A stretch of 64,000 nucleotides of DNA, taken from Gracilinanus agilis (Eukaryota). The translations under genes were made by a program, and so were the position numbers. The stretch lies in assembly GCF_016433145.1 (NCBI RefSeq), contig NC_058133.1, forward strand, positions 513,399,974-513,463,973. Direction: 5' to 3'. Numbering within the stretch: position 1 is the first letter of the stretch; the number at the start of each line of letters is the position of its first letter. Of the stretch, positions 1 through 28,626 are shown piece by piece. The notes below the pieces were generated by a model that ran no database searches, was not told the origin of the DNA, and was given only the letters and a program-made list of their open reading frames with translations.

Positions 1-250
1 AGAAGTCACCATAAAAAGCAAGCCCTGAACTCCTTCGGAGCATATTGTCTTTGAGAAGATAGTCTGAAGAGATTGTCTTCTGGACATAGTCTCAGTCTTC
101 AAGGGAGCTTTGCTGGAGACTATGGCTTGGATTGTGGGTTTGGAGCTCGGCTTCTAAAATTCTTTGTCTAATAAATCACTTAATCTTTCAGAAATTCTGT
201 GGAGAACTAACTTGATTTCTTTGACTACTTCTCTTGAGGGGTCCACCCCC
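1..250 (+). mobile_element. 3' part of a probable LTR
   Basis: AATAAA near 168-173 in an LTR-like U3/R/U5 context; 5' end lies outside the window. Confidence 0.3.
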
Positions 251-642
251 ATCTCCCAGAAAGTCACTGATAACATGAAGTGGGAGAGCTGCTTGAGACC
301 CATGTGGCTGTTGGGGTGGCTGCCACAATGGCAAGATAATAGGTGCACCCAGGGCAACCCTCACAACTTGGGTTACCCACAGCAGGGATGTCTAGTCCAC
401 TCCTTCCTCCAACACCCAGCCCTCACCTAAGCTAAGGCTGGGGCCACTCGAGAGGGATCTTAGCAAAAGTTTGCACAGGTGAAAAGGCAGGAGGGCCAGG
501 TGGCAAACTGTGGCAAGATAGCAGTTTTTGGGAAACAGGCGGCAGTGAAAATACTCAAAAGGCAGCTTTGCAAAATTCATCTATTCCCTATTCCATATTC
601 AAAGGCTTTCTTAAAAAAATAAAAAAAAACTTTTTTCATCTT

Positions 643-1152
643 TGTGGTTATCATCTGTTACAATTAAATTACGAACTCCAGGTTCCTAGTTTCCATAGAA
701 TTTATTAATAATCACTTGAAATAGAGAAAGTAGATACTTAGAGATTAAAACGTAATCTAATCTAATTCTGATCACGTCTCTCCACATGGCCGTCTCAGTC
801 ATGGTCATCCATGCTGCCATCCAAGAGAATAGAGAGAACCTCTCTTTTGACCCAGACCCATAACCTTTAGTTCTGGGTCATGTTCCTAGGACTCTTCACC
901 TGTGACCCCTGTTTGGAGTGTTCATGTGACATCCAGCCAAGAAGCACAGTTGAGGAGCGAGGGGGAGGGGCTTGGGGTTAAAGCCAATAAAGGACTAGGT
1001 TCAACCAGAAGAGGGTGATTAGACTCTAGGCTGTGCCCTTTTTCATGAAAAAGAATAAACGAACTTTGTCTTTTCTGCTCATAATTTCTGACTCCGAACT
1101 TTCATATGAAGAGGGGACCACCATGAGGGGTGGTCTCCACTTCTGTCCCACA
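643..1152. mobile_element. Probable solo LTR
   Basis: Starts TGTGG and ends CCCACA; internal AATAAA motifs; abuts an L1 fragment. Confidence 0.45.
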
Positions 1153-1620
1153 GGGTATTGGAATTAATTGTTCTTCAAATGTTTGGGATAATTCCTTGTA
1201 AGTTCACCTGGCCCTGGGGATTTTTTCTTAAGGAGCTCATTTATGACTTCTTTTTATAAGATAGTTTTTTAAGTATTCTATTTCCTCTTCTATTAATCTG
1301 GGCAATTTATATTTTTGTAACTATTCATCTATTTCACTTAGATTAACTCCTAATAATGGCTGTAATTTCCTCTTCATTGGTGAATTCACTCTTAATTTCT
1401 GATCCTGGTAATTCAATTTTTCTTTCTCTTTTAAAATCAATTCCTGGTTTGCCTATTTTTGTTTTCATAATACCAGATTCACGTTTTATTTTTTGATGGT
1501 TTTCTTACTTTCAGTTTTATCAATATGTCCCTTGAGTTTCAGGATTTTCAATATGGTGTTTAGTTTATTTGGGGATTTTCATTTGTCCTTTTCTTAGGGT
1601 TTTGTTGTTGTTGTTTACGG
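1153..1620 (-). mobile_element. L1 ORF2 fragment
   Basis: Antisense L1 ORF2-like text (ggtattggaattaattgttcttcaaatgtttgg...ctattaatctgggcaatttatatttttgtaa). Confidence 0.7.
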
Positions 1621-1689
1621 TCTCAATTCATTTACCTCCTCTATTTTATTGAGGTAAGTGTTGACACGGAATCGCACCGAGGGAGGGAC

Positions 1690-2220
1690 TAAGTACCAAT
1701 TATCTACACCGTCAGTTCCTAGAAGCTCCGCGTCCTCCCAATGCGTATACGCGAGGGGAAAGCAGCCCCACAGCGGTGCCTTCTGGGGAATGAAGTCCGG
1801 GCGATCGCGCCCGCAGGAGCCTTCTGCTTCCGGACTCCATTTCCCAGAAGGCGCTGCGTCCCTCCCCCTTCCTGTGGCATCTTTACTTTCATCCTCGGCT
1901 TGTCCCCAGAACGTGGCTGCAGTGTGAGGTGCATTGTGGGATCGTTCTTCCGGCGTTTAGACTGGGCAGGTGCGGGTCTGCTAGTGGGCCTGAGCTGTCT
2001 GATGTCTAGACTCGAACTCTTTGTACAGACTGGGAGTGGGCTGGCTGAGCCCTACGAAGGACGAGGAGAGGGAGGGCAAACTGGAAAGAGTGCGCATGCG
2101 CAGTTATCTTGCCACCGCCCCTCCCGCTCTGGTCCTCCAGCTCGAGGTTGGTTGGGAGAAGATGCCAAAAGGCCTTTGACGCGGGTTAGCGCGAGAGCCT
2201 GTGTGACAGCGCGTGTAAGT
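1690..2220 (+). promoter_or_regulatory. CpG-island KRAB-ZNF-type promoter module A
   Basis: CpG-rich; ETS CTTCCGG next to ZNF143-like ACTCCATTTCCCAGAAG (1823-1851); ZNF143 core TGCATTGTGGGA (~1930); perfect NRF1 palindrome TGCGCATGCGCA (2091-2102); donor GTAAGT at 2215. Confidence 0.7.
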
Positions 2221-3452
2221 TTATCCGAGGTGGGGCCCGTTTGCGGAGGTGCTATGCATGTGCCCCCCCAGGCCTGTGCTCACACTCTCATGGGCCTCCC
2301 CCTCGCCATGTACACAGTCTCCACTTGGTAGATAGACCTGCACTCCCACCCCCATGGCACGCTGCACACAGGGCAGGACGCCTCAGCACCCACGCGTGCT
2401 CACACTCTTCATGCACTGGCAGCACAGTCACACCACAACCCCACCCCCATGGAGCAGCGGGCTGAGTTGGTTGAGGTGACATCACTTCCGGGTCCCCAGA
2501 TGTGGCCCCCACCGGACTCTTCCCCTGACAGCATCCGGTCTGTTTGCAGGTCCTGGTGGTGCCAAGGGCAGACAGAATCCATGGGCAAAACTTGTGAGGC
2601 TGGAGCCCAGCCTGGTGGCAATGAACCCTGGCCCTGGCCCTGGCTCCCTGGTCTCTGCCAAAGACCAGCTCTACAAGGGCATGTTATGGTGCTGACCTGT
2701 TGGGGCATAGACAGACGGGGTTGGGGGGGTGGGGAGGGGAAGCTGGAGAGACAGGGCCCTGGAGGAGGGTGGGGTGATGGGTCTGGGGTGCTAATTAGGC
2801 CTTTGGGGGGCTCCAGGGACAGCCCACCCTCAAGGGGCCCCCCTGCCCCAGGATAGGAGGCAGGAAAGAGGCCCCAAGGACTGGGGGAGGGGTTCCCCTT
2901 CTACCTCCCCCATGCTTAGCCGAGAATGGCTGCTTCTCTCTTTGGCCTTAGACCGGATGGCAGTCTCAGTGTTGGACACATGTCTGCCCCGAGGGTGGGG
3001 GGGTCCGGGGTCAGGCTTGGCTCCTTCCCCAGAGGCAGGTGGTAGTTTGGGGATACAGATTGTTTGCCTCCTGCAGCAGAGGAGGTTTAGATGGGGGTGG
3101 GGAGAACGACCCAGAGGCCAGACGCTGTTTAAATGTGGCCTGACTTTACTCGAAACAGCCTCTCCAGCGACCACAAAGGAACCAACATCTGCCAACTTTG
3201 GGCTTCTGCTATTTGGGAACAAGTGGCCATTGGATTCACGCAACCAATGGTCATCAGAGCCACAGGAGGAGAGCAAGAACCCATTGGGGCATCCCTGGTG
3301 ATGCCTGTTCCTGATGAGAGTTGATGAACTGAGGAAAAGGTGGCTTTGCTTAGCTCGACCTTGATTTCTCAACTCTTAAAAATGATATTCACCCACCAAG
3401 GAATTCAGTCCCAAATTCGTCAACCCAAAAACTAGATTAAAATGCAATTAGA

Positions 3453-3630
3453 GGGGGCAGCTGGTGTATTGAGAGTCAGGCCTAGAGACAGGAGGTCCTA
3501 GGTTCAAATCCGGCCTCAGACACATCCCAGCTGTGTGACCCTGGGCAAGTCACTTGACTCCCATTGCCCACCCTTACCACTTTCCATCTAGGAGGCAATA
3601 CACAGAAGTTAAGGGTTTAAAAAAAAAAAA
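3453..3630 (+). mobile_element. SINE1_Mdo-type SINE
   Basis: GGGGCAGCTG head, ggttcaaatc B-box, core, ...acacagaagttaagggttt plus poly(A). Confidence 0.9.
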
Positions 3631-5054
3631 TAAAAAGCAGTTAGGCCTTAGGTATGGTCTGAAGCCGCCAACAATTCAGGTATATGAGCAGGAAATTGTC
3701 ACTTGTTACTATTTGTGTGTGTCCAGCTTTCAGGCAGTGGGACACAATCTGATTAATTCACCAATCAGTACTCCTGGAATTAATGCAACAGTGACTCAAT
3801 TTTCTGTCTTCCTCACTATGTGGAGAGGCTCATACCACCAGAAATCACTCTAGTGAGCAGACAGAAGACTTGATAAGATAATGACAGAGAAAAGCTGCTT
3901 TATTTGGAGAAACCAGATTGCGGGGTGAGGGGGAGAGAAAAGGAAGGAAAAGGGATTCTGCCCACAGAAGCAGCTTGCTCTGAGCAAAAATGTCCTCTCT
4001 TTTATGCCCCAGCGCATCTTCCTTCTGCTTGGCCCAAGAATCTCCTCCTCCCCTCTGTCCAGTCCCACAGAAGGAGGGAGGAGGGGAGTTGTGCCTTTTA
4101 CAGTCTTGAGCACATGATTTTCAGTCTTACATACCCCTAAAGACTCTCATGATCCAGAAAAACCTGTGACCATCATGGGATTCCCAGGCTGGGGACCATA
4201 ATGATACTTTTGAAACTCACTGTTCCTTCTTGTAGTTGGCTTTCTTCCCAGGGTACAGCTAAACTCTTCTCAAGTTTTTTAAAAATAGATCAGGAACACT
4301 TAGAAGTTTTGTGGGATGGGGGGTTAGGGGAGTGGAGAGGAGGCACAGGTAGTTTTAGTCTAAGGCCGCGATGGGCAAACTACATCCCTCTGGCTAGATG
4401 TGGCCCCCTGAAATGTTCTGTCCTAGCCACTGGACATTATTCCAGATCTGACGAATACAATGAATAGGATACAATACAATGAAACAGGCCACATTCTCCT
4501 CAGAGATATGGGTTCATTTTATTTCTTGGTCAAAATTCCAGTAGGGTGCATACATTATTTATTTTTTCTATGATGCAAATAGGATCTTGATGCCTAAACC
4601 TGGAGAGTCAAAAGGGGTCAGGACCCTGGAGCCAAGAAAGGGTCCAACATTCTAAAATAAAGTCTTATTGTACTTAAAAATTAAAAAAAACAAAAAACCC
4701 TTCCTATCTCCAGGACTGTGCAGAATCAGGTGGCCCCTGGGTCCATCTCCCTAACCCTAAAATCTCCCTAACCCTAAAATCCATTCCAAGGTGCTCAATA
4801 AAACATCAGTGGAGAGTCCAGCAGCCCATCACTATGGCCAGGTCTGTGGGACTGATTCAACATTAGGGAAACAATAAACATAATGGATCCCATCATAAAA
4901 ATGAATTTTATGAACTAGAATTTCAGTGAATGTAGACCTGCCTATGGAGAACCTTCACAAGGCCGAGGGGAGGCCCAGAGATGGGAAAGGGGCCTTCAAA
5001 GAACCCCCAAACCAGTGGGGCAACGAGGAGCTCATCGAAGAGTGCCAGGCCTGA

Positions 5055-5250
5055 AGGTGGGTGGTCCTGTGTTCAAATGTGAGCATAGATAGTAGCTGGG
5101 TGATCCCAGGCGAGTCACACTACCTAGTTTGTCTTGGTTTCCTCATCTGTTAAATGGGATGAAGAAGGAAATGGCAAACTAGGATCTCTGCCAAGAACCC
5201 TCAAAGGGGTCACGGAGAGAACCGAAAACAACGGAAATACAGAACTGCTG
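5055..5250 (+). mobile_element. MAR1/MIR-like CORE SINE
   Basis: gtttcctcatctgttaaatggg core plus gaaggaaatggcaaac tail. Confidence 0.6.
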
Positions 5251-5309
5251 TCACACTTCTGGCACACACGAAGAAGGACCCCCAACTGCTTTAAGTCCCC
5301 AGGATCCAA

Positions 5310-5864
5310 TGATGGGTCATGTGAGGGAGGGGCACAACGCGCCCTATTGCGCAGACGCAGATACTCCTCGAAGGGAGGGGCCCCGGCCACAAAACCTCCT
5401 GGGGGATGGAGTCCTGGCCAGTGCGTGTCCACAGGATGCATCTGCTTCCGGACTCCATTTCCCAGAAGGAGCCGCGCTTCCCGGCCCTTGGCGTACTTCC
5501 TCTCGTGTCCTCCAAGCTCATCCCTAGGGCACGGTCGCAGGGCGCGGTGCATTGTGGGAGCGATCTTCCAGTGTTTGGACTCAGCAGTGGCGGAGCCTCC
5601 ATCCGACCTGGGAAGTCTGATGTCTAAGTTGGGATTCTTGGTGCGGATCTCGGTGGCTGGGGGGGTGGATGGGCCTCCCCCCGACCCTGACCGAGGAGGG
5701 AGGAAGGGAAGGCGAACAAGAAAGAGTACGCCTGCGTCATGACCCCGCCTCAGCCCCGCCCCCGCTAGGCCTTCTGCTTGGGATCATTCTAAGGGGGGGA
5801 GGAGGGGGCCAAAGGGCCCTTAGGCCGGTCCCCGGGAGAATGTGCGGGAACCGGGTGTGTAAGC
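5310..5864 (+). promoter_or_regulatory. CpG-island promoter module B, probable promoter and non-coding exon 1 of KRAB-ZNF gene 1
   Basis: 29-bp block identical to module A (5441-5469 = 1823-1851); TGCATTGTGGGA at ~5549; donor GTAAGC at 5859. Confidence 0.7.
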
Positions 5865-6316
5865 TTTCAGCTGGAGGGTTCGGAAAACTCCCCCACCTCC
5901 GCCCTCCAGACGGCCCTATTTAACCTCTCCCGCGGCGCCCCCACAGTGTACATGCACTCCACAGGGCACATTGCCTGCACCTCTCGCGGGTGCACACTAG
6001 ACACACTCGGGCAAACGTGTACTGAATATCACACGGTCGCGTCTGCACACTCGCCACGCTCCCACGACACTATCCATACCACAGTGCATATGCGTGTCAC
6101 AACCGAGCACCCACAGGCCGGCCCCCCCCCCAGTCTTCCTGCTTCAGGGTCCCCCCCCATACCCTCCGCAGGGGTCCTCCATACCGGGGCTGCCCGGGGT
6201 GGCCCCATTGTCCAGCCAGAGAGGGTCCTAACGGGCCCCCAGATCCAGCTCTCCAGGGGGATGAGCCCCTTTCCCCAGTTCTGGGCCCCGTGGCTCCCCC
6301 AGGCCTGGCGGAGGGG

Positions 6317-21819
<15,503 letters not shown>

Positions 21820-21885
21820 TGGAATGAATGTGGGAAAGCCTTCATCTAGAGGGGATCCTTTAATGGACTTTAAAGAACTCATACT

Positions 21886-22368
21886 TGTAATGCAGGCTGG
21901 TAGCAAAAAAAATAATCTTGCTTTTGCAAACCAACTGTAACAGTTTGTCAGTTATTTAGAATGTTGAACCAGCTTGGGGGCTGGGCTCAGGGGAAAACCC
22001 TTAGAGCAGGCTATAAATAGCCCTGGAGTTCCAACTGAAAGGGCCTTTTGCCTTTGGGGCATTTTGGGACCTGGTCTATTCTTTCTAGACCTCTCCCTGA
22101 CCTCTCCATTACATCCTGCTATTTTCCCTGGATTTCCCCATTGGGCCCTGGGAGGAAGGGTGGTTTGGTGATTAGACATGGTAGTTTTAGCTTCTGTAGG
22201 CAGGAGGGACAAACTAAATCAAGCCATCCCCCTTTCTAGTGATCTGATAAAATACTTTTACCTCAGGGCAATGAAACCTTCCCTGACTGAGAGAGCAGGC
22301 CTCTCTCTGTCTGACCCTCTCTTGTGTCCCTTCCCCCAGCACCAGCTTTCTCCCTAGCAACAGTTACA
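21886..22368 (+). mobile_element. ERV LTR (start at 21886 or 21936)
   Basis: TGTAA...GTTACA termini; TATA box ctataaatag at 22011-22020; ATAAAA at 22247; followed by a gag remnant. Confidence 0.65.
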
Positions 22369-23293
22369 AAACCCTCAAACCCCTTTTCCCTCTGCTTATC
22401 CCTGACATTAACAAATCCCCTTTGATATCTACACAAAGCCTCTGGTGAATCATTATACTTGATATTAGGGCAAAGCTGGAGAGAGAAGGAATAACTTTAC
22501 TTTTATTTCTTGAGGGCAAACCTGGACATCCATTTTGGGCAGGAAGTAGCCAGCGGAGACTTCCTGTAGATTTTAGTTTGACTGGCAGGGAGGAGCCTCT
22601 TGTCTCCTCCCTCACGGGACCTTAGAAATTAACAACAAAAACCTTGGAGTCAAACCCATACTACTTCTGGCTGACTCAATTCTTTGGGTATCACAGAGAT
22701 AACCCCTGCCTGAAGGACCCAGCCTATTTCCTCCCAGTACCTATCCTCTGTCTCTAGCTTCAGTGACTAGCCTGTTTGAGCAGCCCTTTCCTATATTCCC
22801 CAATCATCCCTTACCTTCCTATATTCATCCCTTACTTGCTTCATTCCTTTAACTTAGCCATCCCCATTTATTCCTCTCATATCAATATTGCCTTTTATTT
22901 CAGTACATTTCTGGCAAGCAAAGTTAGTGAAAAACCTATAATCTACTGATCAAACCAAAATGAGGTTAGTTAGAGTAACATTTATCCTATCTAGCATTTC
23001 AATGATTACCTGGTCTCTAATGCAAGGTGTCATAGATTTCTGGTTTATAAAAGTTCCTAACTTTATTCAACAACTCCTGGATATCTATGATTACTAGAAA
23101 TGGTGTGCTCTGACCCTAGCTGAGTGCATTTGCTTCATCCCACAGCCATAGCTATAATCTTGACAATCTGGCAATTCCTTTTGGTCTCAAAAAATGTTTT
23201 CATTCACTTGTGGCAATGGTTCAACTAAAATACAACACCTAAAAACATACTGACTCTGGGGAACTTGTAGATAACATCAGACTGCTATTTCAA

Positions 23294-24130
23294 GTGCTAA
23301 AGCAGATAAGGGAAGGAAAGGAACTGGACAAACATAATTCTCCAGCTGAAGATTGTGGAGTCCAATATTTAGGCAATAACACTACCACAAACAAAACACC
23401 TATGGCTAGTGACAACCAACCTTTATCTAAACCATCTGCAGAATCCACAGTTAAAATTTTGCCAATCGTAGATAGAACAATTATACGACCTGGTGAAGGG
23501 GCAGTACATGTAAAAACCTACAAAGCTTTCACCCCAAGTGACATGGAGACACTGAAAAGACGTTTTCCTAAGTTCTTCTAACATCCCTTCAAGAGCATTA
23601 AAGAATTAAAAAGAGACTACATTGTTCAATCCAAGCTTCAATGACATGGAATTTCTTTTAGGGGAATTTTACTCTCCCTCAGAAAAGGAAAAATTCTTAG
23701 CTGAAACTCGATCAAACCCCAATTTAACGGATTGGTCATTGGTCCACCAGGATTTAGATTTTACACAATATACTAACCTTAGATACCTAATGCAATGCAG
23801 GACTGATTTGTTGGAAGCCATGCGTATACATGCTAAAAGACCAAATTTGTGGCAAAAATTCAAAAAAATGAGACAAAGAGAAGAAGAACATCCCAGCAAC
23901 TTCCTCGATAGAGTAATAGAGGCAGCTGAAACCATATTAGGCCTCCGTGATACACATGCCTAAGAAACGATAGATCACATCTGTAGGCAGTTTGTCAAAG
24001 GAACATCAATCCCCATTCAAAATTATTTCAGACAGAATTGTCCCCAGTGGGAATCATTGCCACTGGAGGATGTAAGACAGCATGCTTCCGACATTCATGA
24101 TTCAAAGCAAAAGAAAGCAAGGGCAGCAAG
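23294..24130 (+). mobile_element. Disabled ERV gag capsid remnant (class I-like), 3'-truncated
   Basis: YKAFTPSDMETLK...; MHR-like KMRQREEEHPSNFLDRVIEAAE; ICRQFVKG...; stops at 23579 and 23961 and a frameshift near 23620. Confidence 0.8.
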
Positions 24131-24136
24131 GCAATT

Positions 24137-25230
24137 ATTCGTGCTAGAAAGAAATCCTTTTAGTAGAATGAATGTGGGAAAACCTTCATCTAGAGGGGAT
24201 CCTTTAATGGACTTTAAAGAACTCATACTTTAGGGAAATCTTTTGAATATAATGAAAGCGGTACAACCTTTAGTTAATGGGGAATGTTTATTGGCCATGA
24301 GTCAATTCACACTAGAGGAAACTTTTTGAATTTAGTTAATGTAGGACAAAACTTATTACAATTATCAGAAGAATTATTATTAGAAAAAACGGATGTGGGG
24401 AAGGCTTCAGCAAGAGGACAAACTTATTAGACATAAGAGAATTTAGAGGAGAAAAACTACTTGAATAGTTCGTGTGTGTATGTATATATTTATATGTATC
24501 AGTTCCAATAAAAACAATTTATGTAATGACTACAATAATGTGAAACAGCCTCAAAAATTTTTAGAAATCTAATCAGTGAAATGATCATTTATGTTGATTC
24601 AATTATAATTAGTGTCGGAAGACTAATGAATTTCTATTTCTTGACAGGAAGTCATTGACTTTAGATTCAGTATCAGAATATATGTTTTCAGATATGCTCA
24701 GCAGAACTTTGTTTTGTTTAACTATATTTCCTTGTTTCCTTGTTACCACAGAAGGCTTTTATTTGGAATGGAGGAAGTTATGGGGGAAGAGAACGTGGCT
24801 AGTAATAGTGATGCTAAAAGAAAGTGCCAGTGAAAGATTTGAAAGTGAAGAGAACAGAAAGGATTTCAGACAAGTGGCACATATATTTCCACTGTGTTAA
24901 ACTTAATATTTGCTTAAATTGCACATAATAAAATTTCATCTTGAAATAGTCCTTTTTTGTTCTTTGCATATGAAGTATTGTGATAAATTTAGCATCCCTT
25001 GAATAAGATAATAAAGGTTCATAATATATGTAATCCTCTTTTTCTGTTCTTATTTGTTTATGATGATAATAAAACAATTTTAATGGGAAAAGAAACCCTT
25101 TAACTAGATGATCTTCTTATTTATCATCACAGCATTCATGTTAAAGAAAAATGCTGTAAATATCATGAATATGGGAAAGAATTCAGCCAGAGGGTAAAAC
25201 TTATTGTTCACCACAAGACTCATACTCAAA
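24137..25230 (+). pseudogene. Decayed zinc-finger repeats continuing the gene 1 array (3' UTR relic)
   Basis: Relic translations: THTLGKSFEYNESGTTFS*WG; FESEENRKDFRQVAH; EKCCKYHEYGKEFSQRVKLIVHHKTHT. Confidence 0.75.
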
Positions 25231-25389
25231 AATTATTGTTCCAGGTGGGAAGATACAAGTCCTATGTAAGGATGGCTGGGATTAGATGATACATAAATCT
25301 GATCAGGAGTCAATTAGATAGAATGCCTTAGCAATTTTTAAAAATCCAACAAACCACTGCTCAGGGATGGCAAGAGCTTGCTTTATTTA

Positions 25390-25945
25390 TTTATTTGTTT
25401 GTTTTTGGTTAATTAAGAACATTTTTACATGATTACATGATTCATGTTATTTCCCATCCCCTCCCATAGCCAATGTGCAGTTCCATTGGGTTTTACATGT
25501 GTCATTGATCAAGACCTATTTCCATATTATTAGTATTCGCTCTAGGGTGATCATTAAGAGTCTACATCCCCAATCATATCCCCATCAACCCATGTGTTTA
25601 AGCAGTTGTTTTTCTTCTGTGTTTCTTCTCCCACAGTTCTTTTTCTGGATGTGGATAGCATTCTTTCTCATAAGCCCTTCAGAAATGTCTTGGATTGTTG
25701 CATTGCTGCTAGTAGTCCATTACATTCGATTGTGTCACAACGTATCCATCTCTGTGTACAATGTTCTCCTGGTTCTGTTCCTTTCACTCTCCATCACTTC
25801 CTGGAGGTCTTTCCAGTTCACATGGAATTCCTCCAGTTCATTATTCCTTTTAGCACAATAGGATTCCATCACCAACAGATACCACAATTTGTTCAGCCAT
25901 TCCCCACTCGAAGGGCATCCTTTCATTTTCCAATTTTTATGGTAA
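25390..25945 (-). mobile_element. 5'-truncated L1 (ORF2 C-terminus and 3' UTR)
   Basis: Minus-strand ORF GCPSSGEWLNKLWYLLVMESYCAKRNNELEEFHVNWKDLQEVM. Confidence 0.9.
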
Positions 25946-25974
25946 GAGTTTTGAATGCAAGTGCATTTTTCTAG

Positions 25975-26975
25975 TTACTGTGGCCATGGTTTCTGGAGGT
26001 GCAGCTAGGGTAGTGCTGTTCCGAGAAGAGAAACAGAATGATGGCTGTTTGGTATGAGACATTCCATCATATCCTATATGTCATGCAATGGCAAGAGAGT
26101 TGCATGTAAAGCCTTAAAGTGCTGTTTGGTAATGATGGCGGCAGACAGCAAGCAGATAGAGATAGGAGGGATAAGAACAAAACTCTCATACTCTAAAATC
26201 TTGTATTTCTGATTAAGCACTGATTAAACATAAACAGCAAAACCTAGAGTTTCAGCATTAGTTAAGCATGAATTGCAGATCGATCAGTTTATCCATTATA
26301 TGTACTAAATCTGTAATATTCTATACTGGACATCAGCTTTGTGCCTAATCTGTTTTATTAATCATCTTGTTCTTTATTTACCTTCATTCAGAACTGTAAG
26401 ACATAATTACCTATAGTAGTCCTCTAATGTACCCCCCCAATATTCTTATTCCAGAATGGCAGCAAGACCTCTCCCACACTGACAAATGATGACAAGGTGG
26501 ATTATGGGGGAACAAGGGACCTGCTCACTGGGGACTCTGGCATTCCAGAAGAATCCCTCAAACTTGTACATTCTCCTTATTCCTTGTGACATAAATGTCA
26601 AACTTGTGTCCACCTGAATTTGGTCATGCCCATTTTCCAGGATTTTCAGGAGAGGTGAAGATTTCTCTTTGTGGGAGATGACAAGCTCCCAGGCCGAAAT
26701 AAATATGCACACCTTGATACACCCCTCAGATTGCTACTCCATACGTGGGGTTATGATTCCACACCTGGGGCTGCTACTCCAATACCTATTGGGCTAGTCC
26801 ATCACCCTGAGAACTACTTATTAGGGTTCAGGGCTGCTACTCCTCACTTGGAGATACTACTCTGCACCTGGAGAGCTGCTATTCTATCAGCTCCAGAGAG
26901 GCTACTCTACAACTCCCCAGCCTAATCCATCAGACCCCAAACTATTCTACTAGCTATTAGGCTATTATACCACCA
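25975..26975. mobile_element. Probable ERV-derived fragment
   Basis: LTR/internal-like composition and a polypurine tract-like G run on the minus strand; family not recognised. Confidence 0.3.
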
Positions 26976-27149
26976 TAAACCTCTTCAAATAAAATTATTT
27001 TCTTCTGAATTGAATGGAGTTTGAGTCTCCCATTCTTGAGGTGAGACCCTGCTACATACAAACTTGGGAGTGTTTGTCCCACAACAGTAACAGTAGTCAC
27101 CATCATCATTCTTGTCCAACCTCCCCACCCCCAACTGGCTTATCATCTT

Positions 27150-28060
27150 TATGCAAATGACATCCAGAAATTTCATAGAGGGGTGTGTGTATTGATATAT
27201 AGGTGTTGTAAGCTCATCATGCTCAAAACAACTCATCATCTTTTCCCTAAAACCTTCCTTTCTTCTAAACTTTTGCTTTTGTGTCCAAGGTGCCTTCATC
27301 CTTTCCATTTTCCCAGATTTATAACTTTGTCATCATCCAGGACTCCTCACTCTTTCTCATATCTAATTAGTTGTTAAATTTGCCGTTTCTACCTTCACAA
27401 CACTCCAATCCATCTATATCTCTCCATTTATTTATACAATTGCCACCTTAGGTCTTTATCACCTCTTGACTATATTGGTGAAACAACCTTTTCATCTGGG
27501 CTTCCTGTCTCAAATCTCTCAGTATTCCAGTCCATTCTACACACTGCTTGCCAAAGTAATTTTCATTCTTTAAAAAAACAAACAAACCCAAACAAGACCC
27601 TGACCAGATTCTGTCTTACTTTCAGTTCTAAGACAGACAAGTGGCAAAGGCTAGGCAATTGGAGTCAAGTGACTTGCCCAGGGTCACATAGCTAGGAAGT
27701 GAATTTAAATTTGAAAACAAGACCTTCCCCCTCTACACCTGGCTCTCATCTAACTGAGCCACCCAGCTGCCTCTCCCCTGTTCAGTTCTAATGGCTTCCT
27801 TCTGCCTCTAGGATTTTAAAGTCTTACACAACCAGGTTCTAATTTATCTCTATAGTTTCACTGGATGCTGCTCTTCTTTTGCACTCTTATGATTCTGTAA
27901 ATTCACCTTTGCTTTATTCCTCACTTGGGACACTCCATTTCTCTTTCTCCTCCCCACTTGGCCTTTATGGCCATCCCACATACCTAAAATGAATGATCCC
28001 CTTATTGCTGCCTCAGAGATTCTTTCTGTAAGAGGAAGCTCAAGTTCTTCCAGATTCCCC
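27150..28060 (+). mobile_element. L2 LINE 3' fragments interrupted by a SINE (~27590-27775, minus strand)
   Basis: L2-like catcatccaggactcctcactctttctcatatctaattagttgttaaatt...cttattgctgcctcagag. Confidence 0.55.
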
Positions 28061-28464
28061 CAATGGCTACTCATGGACTGAAAGAGAGGAGAGAGACTCA
28101 AGGTATAGAAGGAGCCATACATTTCCAGACATAGACAATATGGATTTGGTTTGTAGTTTTGTTTTTTTTTTGGAGGGAGTAGATTAGGGAAGGAGAGTAG
28201 TATTTGACTTGGCAATACTTTCCTTTCCCTCACTCCTCAACAAAAAGAAAAGAGGCTCACTATCGTAGCAGTAATTCTTTGTTAAAAAAAAATTTTTTTT
28301 AATATGTAAAATGAGACATAAAGTTTAGAGAGAGGCAACTAGGACAGCTTTGAAACTGCTGACATATATATGTACATATATACATATATATATCATTGTA
28401 ATTAAAATTTTGAAAAGGAAAGCAAAACATCCAATGGAGATTCCTGGTTTCATATGCAATCTTA

Positions 28465-28626
28465 TATATATATTTTAAAACTCTTACCTTCTGTCTTAGA
28501 GTCAATACTGTGTATTGTGACTTGCCCAGGGTCACACAGCTAGGAAGTGTCCGAGGTCATATTTGAACCCAGGACTTCTCATCTCTGGGCCTGGCTCTCA
28601 ATCCACTGAGCTATCCAGCTGCCCCC
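28465..28626 (-). mobile_element. SINE1_Mdo-type SINE
   Basis: Core and head; tgcaatct duplication on both sides. Confidence 0.85.

Noticed and set aside
4365-4490. Possible hAT DNA-transposon fragment (also ~48160-48290)
   Set aside because: Only a partial terminal resemblance, with no second terminus or 8-bp TSD found, so it is not listed as a feature
1741-5742. ORFs 1741-2331 and 5134-5742 share the peptide CFRTPFPRR
   Set aside because: The shared peptide is just the translation of the duplicated ETS/ZNF143 promoter block; these GC-rich ORFs have no domain signal
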